A stretch of DNA of 64,000 nt from a virus (lineage: Duplodnaviria; Heunggongvirae; Uroviricota; Caudoviricetes), in IMG/VR virus record IMGVR_UViG_3300028603_000003; one strand, 5' to 3'. Shown one piece after another: positions 35,275 through 44,500 of the stretch. A model generated the notes under the pieces. It was not told the origin of the DNA. It did no database searches and saw nothing but the letters and a program-made list of their open reading frames with translations. Numbering within the stretch: the first letter of the stretch is position 1; the number at the start of each line of letters is the position of its first letter. Position numbers and translations under genes: made by a program.

Positions 35275-35307
35275 AAAGCCACTTTACCTATTTAGGAAAG
35301 TGGCTTT
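35275..35307 (-). terminator. Terminator hairpin after pagL with a late promoter in its apex
   Basis: AAAGCCACTTT-N11-AAAGTGGCTTT; CTAAATAG at 35288-35295 on the minus strand. Confidence 0.7.
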
Positions 35308-35325
35308 GATGTGTATAGAGATTTT

Positions 35326-35784
35326 TTAGAATTTGAATCTTAGCTGAATTCCGTCAATACCTGTGTTTGGGCGGTGAATGCCAGCAGAAGAGTAGTGGAT
35401 ATATTCTACTTGAAAAACTTTCCACTCCAAGCCGACACCCAGTCTGAAGTTTGTGTCTCCTACTAGTGGGCTTCCGTCTTGGTAAGAAACCCCAATTCGG
35501 TAGTAGTTTTTTCCACCAAGGAATGTCCAGTCTGGTCTGACAAGGTGAGACAAAGAGAAGATGTTTACCGTGCCTTGGTCGCCTCGCTTTGTGCTTCCGT
35601 GTCCGATTTGAGTGGCATCAATCTCAATGCCTTTGTACTCGTACCCGATGCTCCCGAAAGCCATAGAAGAGTTTGCCGCGGTGTGACCCAAACTTACTCT
35701 CCATCCGTCTTCGGCTCTCGCATCATATGCAGCCAAGATTAGAATGACGATAAATGCGATTACAGCAATCTTTGTGAAGTTCAT
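35326..35784 (-). CDS. pagL: PagL-like lipid A 3-O-deacylase (outer-membrane beta-barrel)
   Basis: Signal peptide MNFTKIAVIAFIVILILAAYDARA, alternating beta-strands, terminal Phe; IHYSSAGIHRPNTGID aligns with PagL IHYSNAGLKQPNDGIE (His, Ser, Asn and acid retained). Confidence 0.75.
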   Translation of the reverse strand: MNFTKIAVIAFIVILILAAYDARAEDGWRVSLGHTAANSSMAFGSIGYEYKGIEIDATQIGHGSTKRGDQGTVNIFSLSHLVRPDWTFLGGKNYYRIGVSYQDGSPLVGDTNFRLGVGLEWKVFQVEYIHYSSAGIHRPNTGIDGIQLRFKF

Positions 35785-36203
35785 AGTTTAAGTGCCTCTT
35801 GTAGTAATTTGTCTGCATCTAGTTTATGTGGTTTGTCGATGCCGAGTGCAGCGCCAATAGACTCAAAACAAACCCAGTGTTTGTCGTTGTGGCCGACGAA
35901 CGGAAGCACAAACCGGATGATGTTTCTGTAGTCATATGGATCGCCATCGTGTTTTGCAAACCAAGCAAGGACTCTTTTCTTTAGCTCTGGATCGTCAGAA
36001 ATTTCAAACACATCCCATCTTCCGCTTTCCAGATCGATTACCTTTGATCTTACACCTCCGTCTCTGCTCGAAGAAGAATAGCAAACGCCATCCACAACAA
36101 TTTCTGCATGGGAATATTTACTAAAAGTCCAGAGACGAATCGAGTAATGAGAGATTGAGTGGGCCACATCTTCAGGTGGCCCCTTATACAATGCTATCTT
36201 CAT
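35781..36203 (-). CDS. Permuted papain-like NlpC/P60 enzyme (YiiX/YaeF-like)
   Basis: His in YSHAEI precedes Cys in WVCFE, with GDPYDY between them, as in permuted NlpC/P60. Confidence 0.75.
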   Translation of the reverse strand: MKIALYKGPPEDVAHSISHYSIRLWTFSKYSHAEIVVDGVCYSSSSRDGGVRSKVIDLESGRWDVFEISDDPELKKRVLAWFAKHDGDPYDYRNIIRFVLPFVGHNDKHWVCFESIGAALGIDKPHKLDADKLLQEALKL

Positions 36204-36206
36204 GGC

Positions 36207-36689
36207 TTATAGGAAAGAAGGAATTTCATCAGGTCTTGCCGGTGTGTTAATAATAGCGTCAAGTTCTTCGGTTGTTAGCCTGAATGACTCTGGAATAGAA
36301 GCGCCAGTCAGGAACGTCACGTCGGCACGAGTGTCCTCTCTTTCCAAATCAATGTAAGTTGCGAGATTGAATGTTTCAAAGAAGTCGTCCATATTGGGGT
36401 CAACCGCTGAAGCTGCCTTAGATGCCATCCACTTTGCACGGGGAAAACGATTCTTGAATGCCAGTTTAGTAATCTTCCAAGTTTCGATTACTTCAGGTTC
36501 GGGTTCCACAGGTGGGCTAAATTCTCCTGTGGTTGGATTATAGGTCCAACCCGGACCTGATACTGTTTCTTCTTCTGGATAATCAAGAAGAACTACATTG
36601 TCGTATTCGGGGGAAATCTCGGATACATAGTCAGGGTCTGCCACAATTACATTGTGGACAACATTGTTTTTTACTAAAGCGTATCTCAT
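36207..36689 (-). CDS. Tail fibre assembly / chaperone-like protein
   Basis: MRYALVKNNVVHNVIVAD...GPGWTYN...F.PP N-terminus and ITKLAFKNRF...A..IDL C-terminus typical of fibre-associated proteins. Confidence 0.65.
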   Translation of the reverse strand: MRYALVKNNVVHNVIVADPDYVSEISPEYDNVVLLDYPEEETVSGPGWTYNPTTGEFSPPVEPEPEVIETWKITKLAFKNRFPRAKWMASKAASAVDPNMDDFFETFNLATYIDLEREDTRADVTFLTGASIPESFRLTTEELDAIINTPARPDEIPSFL

Positions 36690-36703
36690 TTACTATACTC
36701 CGG

Positions 36704-37489
36704 TTATTCTGTCCAAAAAACAATACATATGCCCTGACCGCCACCGCCGCCTGCTCCGTTGCTCCCTCCTGCTCCAACGGAGGCGACACCTGCGCCCCCG
36801 GCTGCTGCTCCTGCACCTCCGTCTAATCCGCCAGCACCACGGCCACCGGCGGTGGGCGTCCCGCTACCACCGCCACCGCCGAAGCCCGCACAGCCCTTTC
36901 CACTTTGTTGGGTATCGAATCCTCCGTCCCCACCCGTAGCACCACCTGATGAACCATACGAACCATAGACAGCGGGGGATGCATAAGAGTCATATCTGAT
37001 GCGGCCACCGCCGCCTATTCCGCCGCCTATTCCGCCGCCACCCCCTCCCCCTTGTGCTGTAGCTACATTTCCAAACTTGCTATCGCCCCCGGCACCTCCC
37101 GAGGTTGCCCCGGTTGCTGGACCTCCAGCGCCACCGCCGCCAATAACAACTGCCTGATTTCCTCCAGCTATAGCCGCGACAGAAACAGGTACGGTCAAAA
37201 CTTGCCCGCCGCCGCCGCCGCCTTTTGCTCCACCATAGAATCCACCACCGCCACCGCCACCGTAACCGCCACCGCCACCGCCACCGACGGCACCGCCACC
37301 ACCACCGTAACCGCCGCCGCCGCCGCCATAACCTGCGGCAACAGCGCCAGCCCCACAGCCGCCGCCACCGCCGCCAACAAGCAGAATATTAACTGCACTA
37401 ACTGAAGCTGGCTTTACCCAAGTCCCACTCGCCACAAATGTTTGAGATTTAATTTTTACCCCGCCTAAAAATTGACTGAGCATGCTCAT
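36704..37489 (-). CDS. Glycine-rich adhesin (gp38-like polyglycine domain)
   Basis: SQTF..SGTW.KP..V....ILLVGGGGGG...GGGGGQGICIVFW; many GGGGG(Y/F) segments. Confidence 0.75.
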   Translation of the reverse strand: MSMLSQFLGGVKIKSQTFVASGTWVKPASVSAVNILLVGGGGGGCGAGAVAAGYGGGGGGYGGGGGAVGGGGGGGYGGGGGGGFYGGAKGGGGGGQVLTVPVSVAAIAGGNQAVVIGGGGAGGPATGATSGGAGGDSKFGNVATAQGGGGGGGIGGGIGGGGRIRYDSYASPAVYGSYGSSGGATGGDGGFDTQQSGKGCAGFGGGGGSGTPTAGGRGAGGLDGGAGAAAGGAGVASVGAGGSNGAGGGGGQGICIVFWTE

Positions 37490-37878
37490 GTTAAAGACTC
37501 CTTTATTTTTTTGTCTATTGCATCTGTTGCAACAGTTTTAATGTTTTGGTGTACTACCCAATCTAATCCAGTTGACGGAATGAAAGTCATTGCAAATATT
37601 GCAAACGGCTCATCACATTCCATATTTTCTTCTAGCCCCATTATCTTATTTCCGTTTCTGTGTATTGTTAGTGAGTTTGCTGCCCACGATCCATAATAAT
37701 CAGAAACTATTATCTTCATTCCGGGCATTGGGGATGAAGGCAGAACCAAAATTCCACGTTGATTCCAAGTATTCACAAAATAACTCTTTTCGTGTCTGAC
37801 GTACTCATATGAGTATTCGTCACCGGAATTTATATGTAGTTTATCCGAGGTGAAAAGATAGAATTTTCCATAGTCCAT
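37486..37878 (-). CDS. Tail fibre / baseplate-type protein (gp9/gp10-like beta domain)
   Basis: LVLPSSP..G..I.VSD..GSWA.N.LTI.RNG.KIMG.....D motif. Confidence 0.6.
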   Translation of the reverse strand: MDYGKFYLFTSDKLHINSGDEYSYEYVRHEKSYFVNTWNQRGILVLPSSPMPGMKIIVSDYYGSWAANSLTIHRNGNKIMGLEENMECDEPFAIFAMTFIPSTGLDWVVHQNIKTVATDAIDKKIKESLT

Positions 37879-37894
37879 TTGTAGTTTCTCGAGT

Positions 37895-38701
37895 TTAAAT
37901 TAATTTCCATCCTATAGTTGAATTGACGTACAAGAACGTCACTGTGAAATTTTCTATGTCAATCGTAAAATTTTCTGCAATTGACATAATATTTGATCCG
38001 TTTCTGGCTACCGTAGTATCAGTGAACTCTCCAACTCCTACAGTAACTTCCCATCCGGCAGAAGGAGTTGCAGGAAGAGTGATCGTTCTTCCGGCAGCAG
38101 TTACAAAGCATCTCTCCAGATTTACCAGAGTCTTAGAAACAGCAGTTGTGGTTGTTGTATATCCACCTTGTTTGGCATCGAGGGCTGCTTGTAATCCAGT
38201 AACGTTTGCGATTGTGTGTGCGTGGCTATTGTCTTGGACTGTTACTGTCAGTGAAGCATTAGCCGAACCGTCAAAAGACGCAGAACCTGTCGCATCCCCG
38301 GTTAGCTCGATTGTTCTGGCGGTTGTCAGCTTTGTTGCGCTAAGAACATTTTTTGTCGAGTCAGCAGTGTTGTCAACGTTTGCTAGTCCAACATCAGACT
38401 TGGTTAAAGTCACCGCCCCTGTTTTTCCAGCTACCGAAGTTACAGGCACAACGATAGCCCCAACAGCATCTTGAACGAAGGCTGTAGTTGCCACCTGCCC
38501 AGTGTCTGTCCCTAGAGGTGCAGTCGGCGCAGTTGGGATGCCTGTGAATGTGGGGTTATTTGTTGGAGCCTTAGACGCCAAATCTTCTTTGATTGAGCGA
38601 AAGTTTCCGTCAACTTCCAAGTTTGTCAATGGAGAATTTTTAACTACCGTTGCTGGCGGAATAGTCGCCGAATCCGAAGTTCTGTAAATTAGGTTTGCCA
38701 T
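37895..38701 (-). CDS. Short tail-fibre-like protein
   Basis: LTN.EVDGNF N-terminus, PTFTGIPTAPTA..GT.T.QVATTAFV, VTSVAGKTGAVTL..SDVGL.NVDNT, and a gp9/gp10-like C-terminal domain. Confidence 0.7.
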   Translation of the reverse strand: MANLIYRTSDSATIPPATVVKNSPLTNLEVDGNFRSIKEDLASKAPTNNPTFTGIPTAPTAPLGTDTGQVATTAFVQDAVGAIVVPVTSVAGKTGAVTLTKSDVGLANVDNTADSTKNVLSATKLTTARTIELTGDATGSASFDGSANASLTVTVQDNSHAHTIANVTGLQAALDAKQGGYTTTTTAVSKTLVNLERCFVTAAGRTITLPATPSAGWEVTVGVGEFTDTTVARNGSNIMSIAENFTIDIENFTVTFLYVNSTIGWKLI

Positions 38702-38703
38702 TT

Positions 38704-38922
38704 TTACTCTTTATCTTTTTCTTTGGTTAATACCATAACAAGCTTTGCAAGCTGGTCAACAGTATCGGACAAGTTTTCGATTTTGTCTGTCAACCTATTT
38801 ATAACATCTTGTTGTTGCTTGTACTTCTTGTATTCGGTTTCTTTCTTAACGATTATATTGCCGAGAGAATCCTTATAGACTCCCTCGACAATTTTTCCGT
38901 TTTCGTCTTTCACTCTCATCAT
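38704..38922 (-). CDS. Small coiled-coil baseplate-associated protein
   Basis: RV....G.YKD...G.I......EY..Y plus a coiled coil, as typically found after DUF4815-type genes. Confidence 0.55.
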   Translation of the reverse strand: MMRVKDENGKIVEGVYKDSLGNIIVKKETEYKKYKQQQDVINRLTDKIENLSDTVDQLAKLVMVLTKEKDKE

Positions 38923-41438
38923 GTCAAAGCAATTACCCGATAAGACTTTACAATTGGTGCCCTAGTTGGATCGGTAGCAGTTAGAATGCACTTTAAATCA
39001 TAAGTGTCGTATTCTGGCAAGTTGTCTAATCTGAATTCGTATTCCAAGAATTCTCCGATGAACGAGGATTTGTTTCTGTCCACTCTACATTCAAGTTTCT
39101 TCCACTCTAGCAATTCGTGTTGAACTCCCGAGCTTGAGTTTGAAGTTCTGATATACCAATCAACAGAGCTTCCGGGAATTGAACTAATGGTAGAAAAGAT
39201 TCTCACTCCATTAGAAACAATCTCCAACTTGGTCGGCTTGGTAATGTACTTTGACTTAGCGTTCCCACCAGTGGCAAGTAGCTCTGTGTTGAACGGAGTC
39301 AATACAGCCTGCGCAGCGGCCCCAATTCCTGTGGTGTCGCCTGACCCTCGGGTAATTGTGATGATCGGCTTCTTGGTGTATCCAGACCCCGCAGCAGTCA
39401 CGTTAATGGCAGAAATATATCCGCCAGTCAAAACAGCAGTGGCTGTGGCCTGAACACCGTTCGACATATCTGGTGCAGAAATTGTCACGATTGGGGTTAC
39501 GGTGTATCCAGACCCCGCAGCAGTAATAACAACACTATCCAAAGAACCAGTAGAGTTTGTTGCGTCCAAGTCTTCTCCACTTTGACTGTTAATCAGAGTG
39601 TTGAATACATGCAATTGAGGTACAGTCTTCAAATTAATTACAGGACTCACATTTGGGTTTGTCGAGTTAAGTCTGTACTCTACGGTAGCAGAAGAATTTC
39701 CCGACATAAAGCTAGTTTCATTTTGTGAACTAGCAATCAAAGAGTTTTGCTTAAGATCAAAATACTTTCCGAATCCTTTGAATTCCAAACTTTGTCCGCC
39801 AGTATATGGAACTAGATTACCACCATCGAAGTTTCCGAGTGTGGTATATAGCGTGGAATTTAACCTGCTGTCGCCAAACACTTCAGAGTCAATGGTAGGC
39901 ATGAATGCTGTATATGGCTTATTCACACCAACAGAAAATGTTGGGATAACTGAGGAATACAACACTGCCCCAACACCTGTTGACGTATTAATGCTAACAA
40001 TTGGATTGCTGGTGTATCCTGAACCGGGGTTCGTAATCTCTACCGCAGATACATTTCCATTGTTGAGGATTAAAGAAGCCGCAGCACCAGTACCTCCACC
40101 TCCTGTGATTGTAACTGTGTCTGTTGCGAGATAACCGCCTCCAGCTTGCTCCACTCCGATGTAGTTTAGCAAGTTCGCATCATCGATTTTTCCCGTCTTT
40201 GTTGCTTGAGATACAACCGCGAATCTTAAAGTTTTCGAGTCTAGCACCTCTGTGACAGTATGAGTCTTATTGAACTCGGAGCTAGGAATTCCGTTGTAAA
40301 CAGCATCTGTTCTTGTTACAACATTGAACTTCGAATCTACAAAAAGTCCGTGATCTTGTGGGTGCTTATAAGTTACAACGTTACTTCCACTGACTGTGCT
40401 AAACTGATATCCATATGCAGCAACTTGTGGAACCTTCGCATTAAATCTTACAGTGCTGTTGGTGGCAGTATTGAACTCTGCCTTGTAAATCGTAAACTTG
40501 ATGTCTTCAAATTGCTCAGCAGTCCAAGTGATGTTGTTTTCTGATTTGAAAACTGAACCAACATAGGGTTGATCGTAAATCTTTCGACCGTCTTCAATCG
40601 AGTTTTCGCCAAGCCTAGAGGTATATACTTGGTAGTTGTTGCTGTTGGTTCTTAGAACAAAGCAAAAGTCTGAATCCTCTTCTAAATAGATTGGGGGATT
40701 GAATGTAAACTTTGTCGGGACAGAAGCATTCTGACTCACATTAACGTCTGCCGCCGCCAGAACACTAACAAAGTTGGCACTGTCAACATCAAACTTTGCT
40801 GGATATCCATTCACCATAGGGCGAATTTCCATTCTAACTGGGAGAGTTGGGTCTTTGCTGGCAAAGAAAACATCTATCGCAGAAAGGAACATCCCTCCAC
40901 GGACTCCGTATGTGAAGAACGATTGTGCCAGTGGGTCAGCCTGAACAGGAACAGGTCTTTCAACTGTTATGATTGTTGTCTTTGTTGTTTGGAAGAAGTC
41001 AATTCTTCCTTCAGACAGAAAAGTTGCACTCGCAGAACCAAAAGTAGAGCCGAGTTGATTTAGTGCGTTGATGTCTGCACTATCAGTCACAGTTATCTTG
41101 TATGTCCCTACGTTGAATTGGTCCTGTCCAACGACGAACTCTATTACAATCTGTCCGATGTTGTCAGTGACTAGATCGTCGCCGACTGCCCCACCCTGCG
41201 GTCTGCAATATTGGGTAACGTTCTGGTCGCCAAAGAACACAAACATCTTAGTGTTAGGTCTTGCTTCGATCAGGGTTAGAGTGATAACCTGCGAGCGAAT
41301 AAACTGAATAGCCTCTTGTCTGTTCAGTTGTCGCTTACTAACAACTCTCCGATTTACGTTAGCGTTGTTAGTAGAAGATGAAGGCAGGTTGCTATTGTTG
41401 TTTACTGGTCCTTCGAATGGTCCCGCTACAATTGCCAT
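38919..41438 (-). CDS. Baseplate/virion structural protein, C-terminal half of a DUF4815-type protein
   Basis: RPNTK...FF, DPLAQSFF, FL.AIDVFFASKD..LPV..EIRP..NGYP, SVFKSENN.TWTA.Q.EDIKF; V.IT..GSGY repeats. Confidence 0.75.
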   Translation of the reverse strand: MAIVAGPFEGPVNNNSNLPSSSTNNANVNRRVVSKRQLNRQEAIQFIRSQVITLTLIEARPNTKMFVFFGDQNVTQYCRPQGGAVGDDLVTDNIGQIVIEFVVGQDQFNVGTYKITVTDSADINALNQLGSTFGSASATFLSEGRIDFFQTTKTTIITVERPVPVQADPLAQSFFTYGVRGGMFLSAIDVFFASKDPTLPVRMEIRPMVNGYPAKFDVDSANFVSVLAAADVNVSQNASVPTKFTFNPPIYLEEDSDFCFVLRTNSNNYQVYTSRLGENSIEDGRKIYDQPYVGSVFKSENNITWTAEQFEDIKFTIYKAEFNTATNSTVRFNAKVPQVAAYGYQFSTVSGSNVVTYKHPQDHGLFVDSKFNVVTRTDAVYNGIPSSEFNKTHTVTEVLDSKTLRFAVVSQATKTGKIDDANLLNYIGVEQAGGGYLATDTVTITGGGGTGAAASLILNNGNVSAVEITNPGSGYTSNPIVSINTSTGVGAVLYSSVIPTFSVGVNKPYTAFMPTIDSEVFGDSRLNSTLYTTLGNFDGGNLVPYTGGQSLEFKGFGKYFDLKQNSLIASSQNETSFMSGNSSATVEYRLNSTNPNVSPVINLKTVPQLHVFNTLINSQSGEDLDATNSTGSLDSVVITAAGSGYTVTPIVTISAPDMSNGVQATATAVLTGGYISAINVTAAGSGYTKKPIITITRGSGDTTGIGAAAQAVLTPFNTELLATGGNAKSKYITKPTKLEIVSNGVRIFSTISSIPGSSVDWYIRTSNSSSGVQHELLEWKKLECRVDRNKSSFIGEFLEYEFRLDNLPEYDTYDLKCILTATDPTRAPIVKSYRVIALT

Positions 41439-41468
41439 TTTGAATCCTTGATGTTAATAGGTATTTAC

Positions 41469-41519
41469 CTATTTATGTGTTTGCGGGAAAATCCTGCTTA
41501 GAAATATCCAAGCAGGATT
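41469..41519 (-). terminator. Terminator plus late promoter between the two DUF4815-type halves
   Basis: AATCCTGCTT-N10-AAGCAGGATT(TT) spans the upstream stop codon; CATAAATAG at 41469-41477. Confidence 0.7.
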
Positions 41520-44500
41520 AGACCCGGTAAAGTAGACTTCAAATTAACTGAACCTGATCCAGTAGGCTCTTGAGGTCCAGCAACAATATCAGAAGCAGGT
41601 TTGGGACACACAGAAGGCTCCCAAGGTCCAGCAACAATATCGCCGCCAGCAGAAGGAACTGGGGTTCTGATTGGGATATCCACATATTCAGTTCTAGTTT
41701 CAAAGACATCAGGTAGTTCAACTATCTCTACCCACCTATCAACTGGCGGCACCACATCCATGATTCCGTTCCAACTAATTGCCACAAATGGATTAAGGTT
41801 TGTAACTCTTGAACTCAAGGGCTGCTGTGCAAAAACAACATCTGTGTAAGGGAGCATGATGTAATCTCCCTTTTTTACATACCCACTAGAATTCGACTCG
41901 TCCAACTCCAAAGCACACACAAGCTTTTCTTTTCCTGCGTGAAGGCTTTCTTCGATGAAAGTCGTGGTGAATTCATTTGAAGTCGTTCTTGCGATTGTGA
42001 GTGGTTGTGTGAAAGTCTCCACCAAGAATCCGGTTTTGAATCTATTCAGACCAGTCTCTGCGTCGATGATTTCGTAGTTGGAAATTCTTGCTTCTTCGGC
42101 AGTTAGAGTTGCAAACTCTTCGAGTCTGTCAATTCTATTTGTTATTCCTTTGATGTCTTGCATCCGATATCTTTCTGCCCCTAGTCGAGTCAGAAATATG
42201 TCGTACACATTAGCTGTATATGCAGGAACTTCTATAGAGTTTAGAGCAAACTGTCCCGCTGGAACCGCAGATGCAACAGGGTTCTCGTCTGGAATTCCGG
42301 TGATTACATTAAGTCTCCCTGAAACGTCGATTGCTAGAGTGTCAATTCTAGGAACGAAATATCTAAGATTCGAAACGAATGCTGTGTCGGGCACAATCAA
42401 GTCATTGCGCTTTGCGCCAGCCCCACCCATTGTATCATCCGCACCCACAGTTGATCTAAAGTCCAAACAGGAAATTAGATTGTATGTATTTCCAGAAGTG
42501 CTAGAGTTATAGACGTAGGCAGTGTCTAGATAATCAGGCTCTCCGCTATAAGAGTCAATGCAGAAAAAGTCTCCAGAAGTGCTGTGTTCGAAGTAGTAGT
42601 AGCTAACAGTTATTGAACCAGAAGGCGCGGGGCGTCCTTGTTTTAGGAACAGTTTGCCCTTTTTGTATTCATAATCGGTCTGTCCGTCCCAAACGTTATA
42701 GTTCGCGGTAACGTCACCCACACCGTCAATTACAGAAACCAACTCTACAATGTCTGCCTTGTCCAAAACAATCTCTGCTGTCGGCGATGACACTACCTGA
42801 TTATGCAAAGTTTTTGTTTTGGTTTTGGGTGAAACATCAGTCTTCATCACGTTGCAATAGACTGTGACTGTAGTGTTCGTCGGACCAGAATCTAGGGTCA
42901 AAGTATTTCCTGTTACGTTAAGAGAAAACTTTGTATTGGAAACGTTGCCGCCACTATATACCGCACTGAAAGACCCCACTTCGATTGGCATGATCGTTCC
43001 TGTAGCAATAGTAACCGAGCCGTCGCCGCTACCATCAGTCACAATCTTCAATTCTTTTTGCGAAGTGTATGTGAGGTTGTATACTCCACCAACAGTCTTC
43101 AGCGAATACGCGCTTTGCTTGGGAAGTTCGAAAATAGCCGCACTGGTTCCTTGAACAAATACCGAGTATCTAGACTCCAAAACAGAAGACGCAGTAGAAG
43201 TTGCCCCTACAATCAAATCACCAATCTTAGGAATTTCGTTTGCCGTGTCTGCTCTATACAAATAAACTTTAGACTCTGAAGGATTCCAATACTTTACAAC
43301 TGCGGTCCTACCAGAAGAATGAGAAACGACTTCCCCTGCTGTGTATGCACCAGAAGAAAGCGGTGTGAAGAATTCGTGCACCAAGTAGCCATATCCTGAT
43401 CCAGAGAATCTAATTCCGCCGACGCTTTCAATGGTTGTCCCAGAATTCAAAACCAAATCTGTAACCCATACTTTGTAGATGACAGCGTCAGTTACGTTTA
43501 CATCTCCCGCAAAATAATCGATAGCCAAAACTTTAGCCGAACCTAATTGGGTCGCACTTCCGTTGGCTGCGTTACTGTCGTTCCATAGGGTTACTTGTTC
43601 GTGCGAAGAAACTCCCAATCCGCCGCGAAGATTCGAGACAAGAATGTATTGGCCGAAGCTCGGTCTAATCGAAAATTCATCTGACTTAATGTGTTCTGGA
43701 GTTCTGGCCTTGTCTAGTTCGATGCGTGTTCTAGAAAACTTTTCTACCTCGAATCCTTCGACATATGCCTTTCCCGGAGAAACTTCGAGCACAAACTTAT
43801 TAATGTCTCCGTCTTCATAAAGACCTCCATTCGTGCCGAGCTTTAGGTGTTCTCTGACAGAAGGAGAAATTCCCTGCACGACATAGTTTCCAGACTCATC
43901 AAATGTTCTGCGAGCAAGAGATTTTTCTAATTCAGAATACTTTGGATTTCTTGCATGCTCTTCCAAGTTTCCTTGGTTGTATCGCATCAACTCTACAAAG
44001 TCTGCATTAATGGGTTGATTCAAGCCAAGGGTTGTTAGAACCAGAGTAATTTGAACTCTATCTGCACCGGGAGCGGCGTAGTTGTAAGAACCCTGCGCAG
44101 GGTCAAGCAAAGTCTGGTCTTGATCTGCGTCGATAACTTCTTCTACAATTCTGAATAGAACAGAGCAAGAAGGCAGAGAGTCATACTTGGAAATTACAAC
44201 CGACTGCGCAGGAGTGTATACAAATGTTCCGTTGACATAATAAACCCCCGCATTTACAAAGGCCATCGACCCTGCACCAGTGGATGCTGAAGGCTTTACT
44301 GTAGCTCTAATAGCAAAGTTTTCTTTTGCATAGATTTCCTCGCCGTCAGAAAACTTAATGTTTTCTCCCGATCCTTTGGTGTACGCCAAATAGAAAGTAA
44401 CTGGGTCTGCGCCTTCTTCTCCTACGGTCTTCTTGATATAGGCTTCTACCCCAGAAGTCGCTCCGACAAATACTTTGCCTTCGTACAAGGAAAGGTTTAG

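Noticed and set aside
36533-37405. Pro/Ala/Thr-rich ORFs overlapping the glycine-rich adhesin
   Set aside because: Alternative frames and antisense readings of GGC/GGT repeats, explained by the adhesin sequence.
41439-41497. Sequencing error as the cause of the DUF4815-type split
   Set aside because: The gap holds a terminator, late promoter and ribosome-binding site, and the duplicated IVAGP motif flanks it, which a single-base error would not create.
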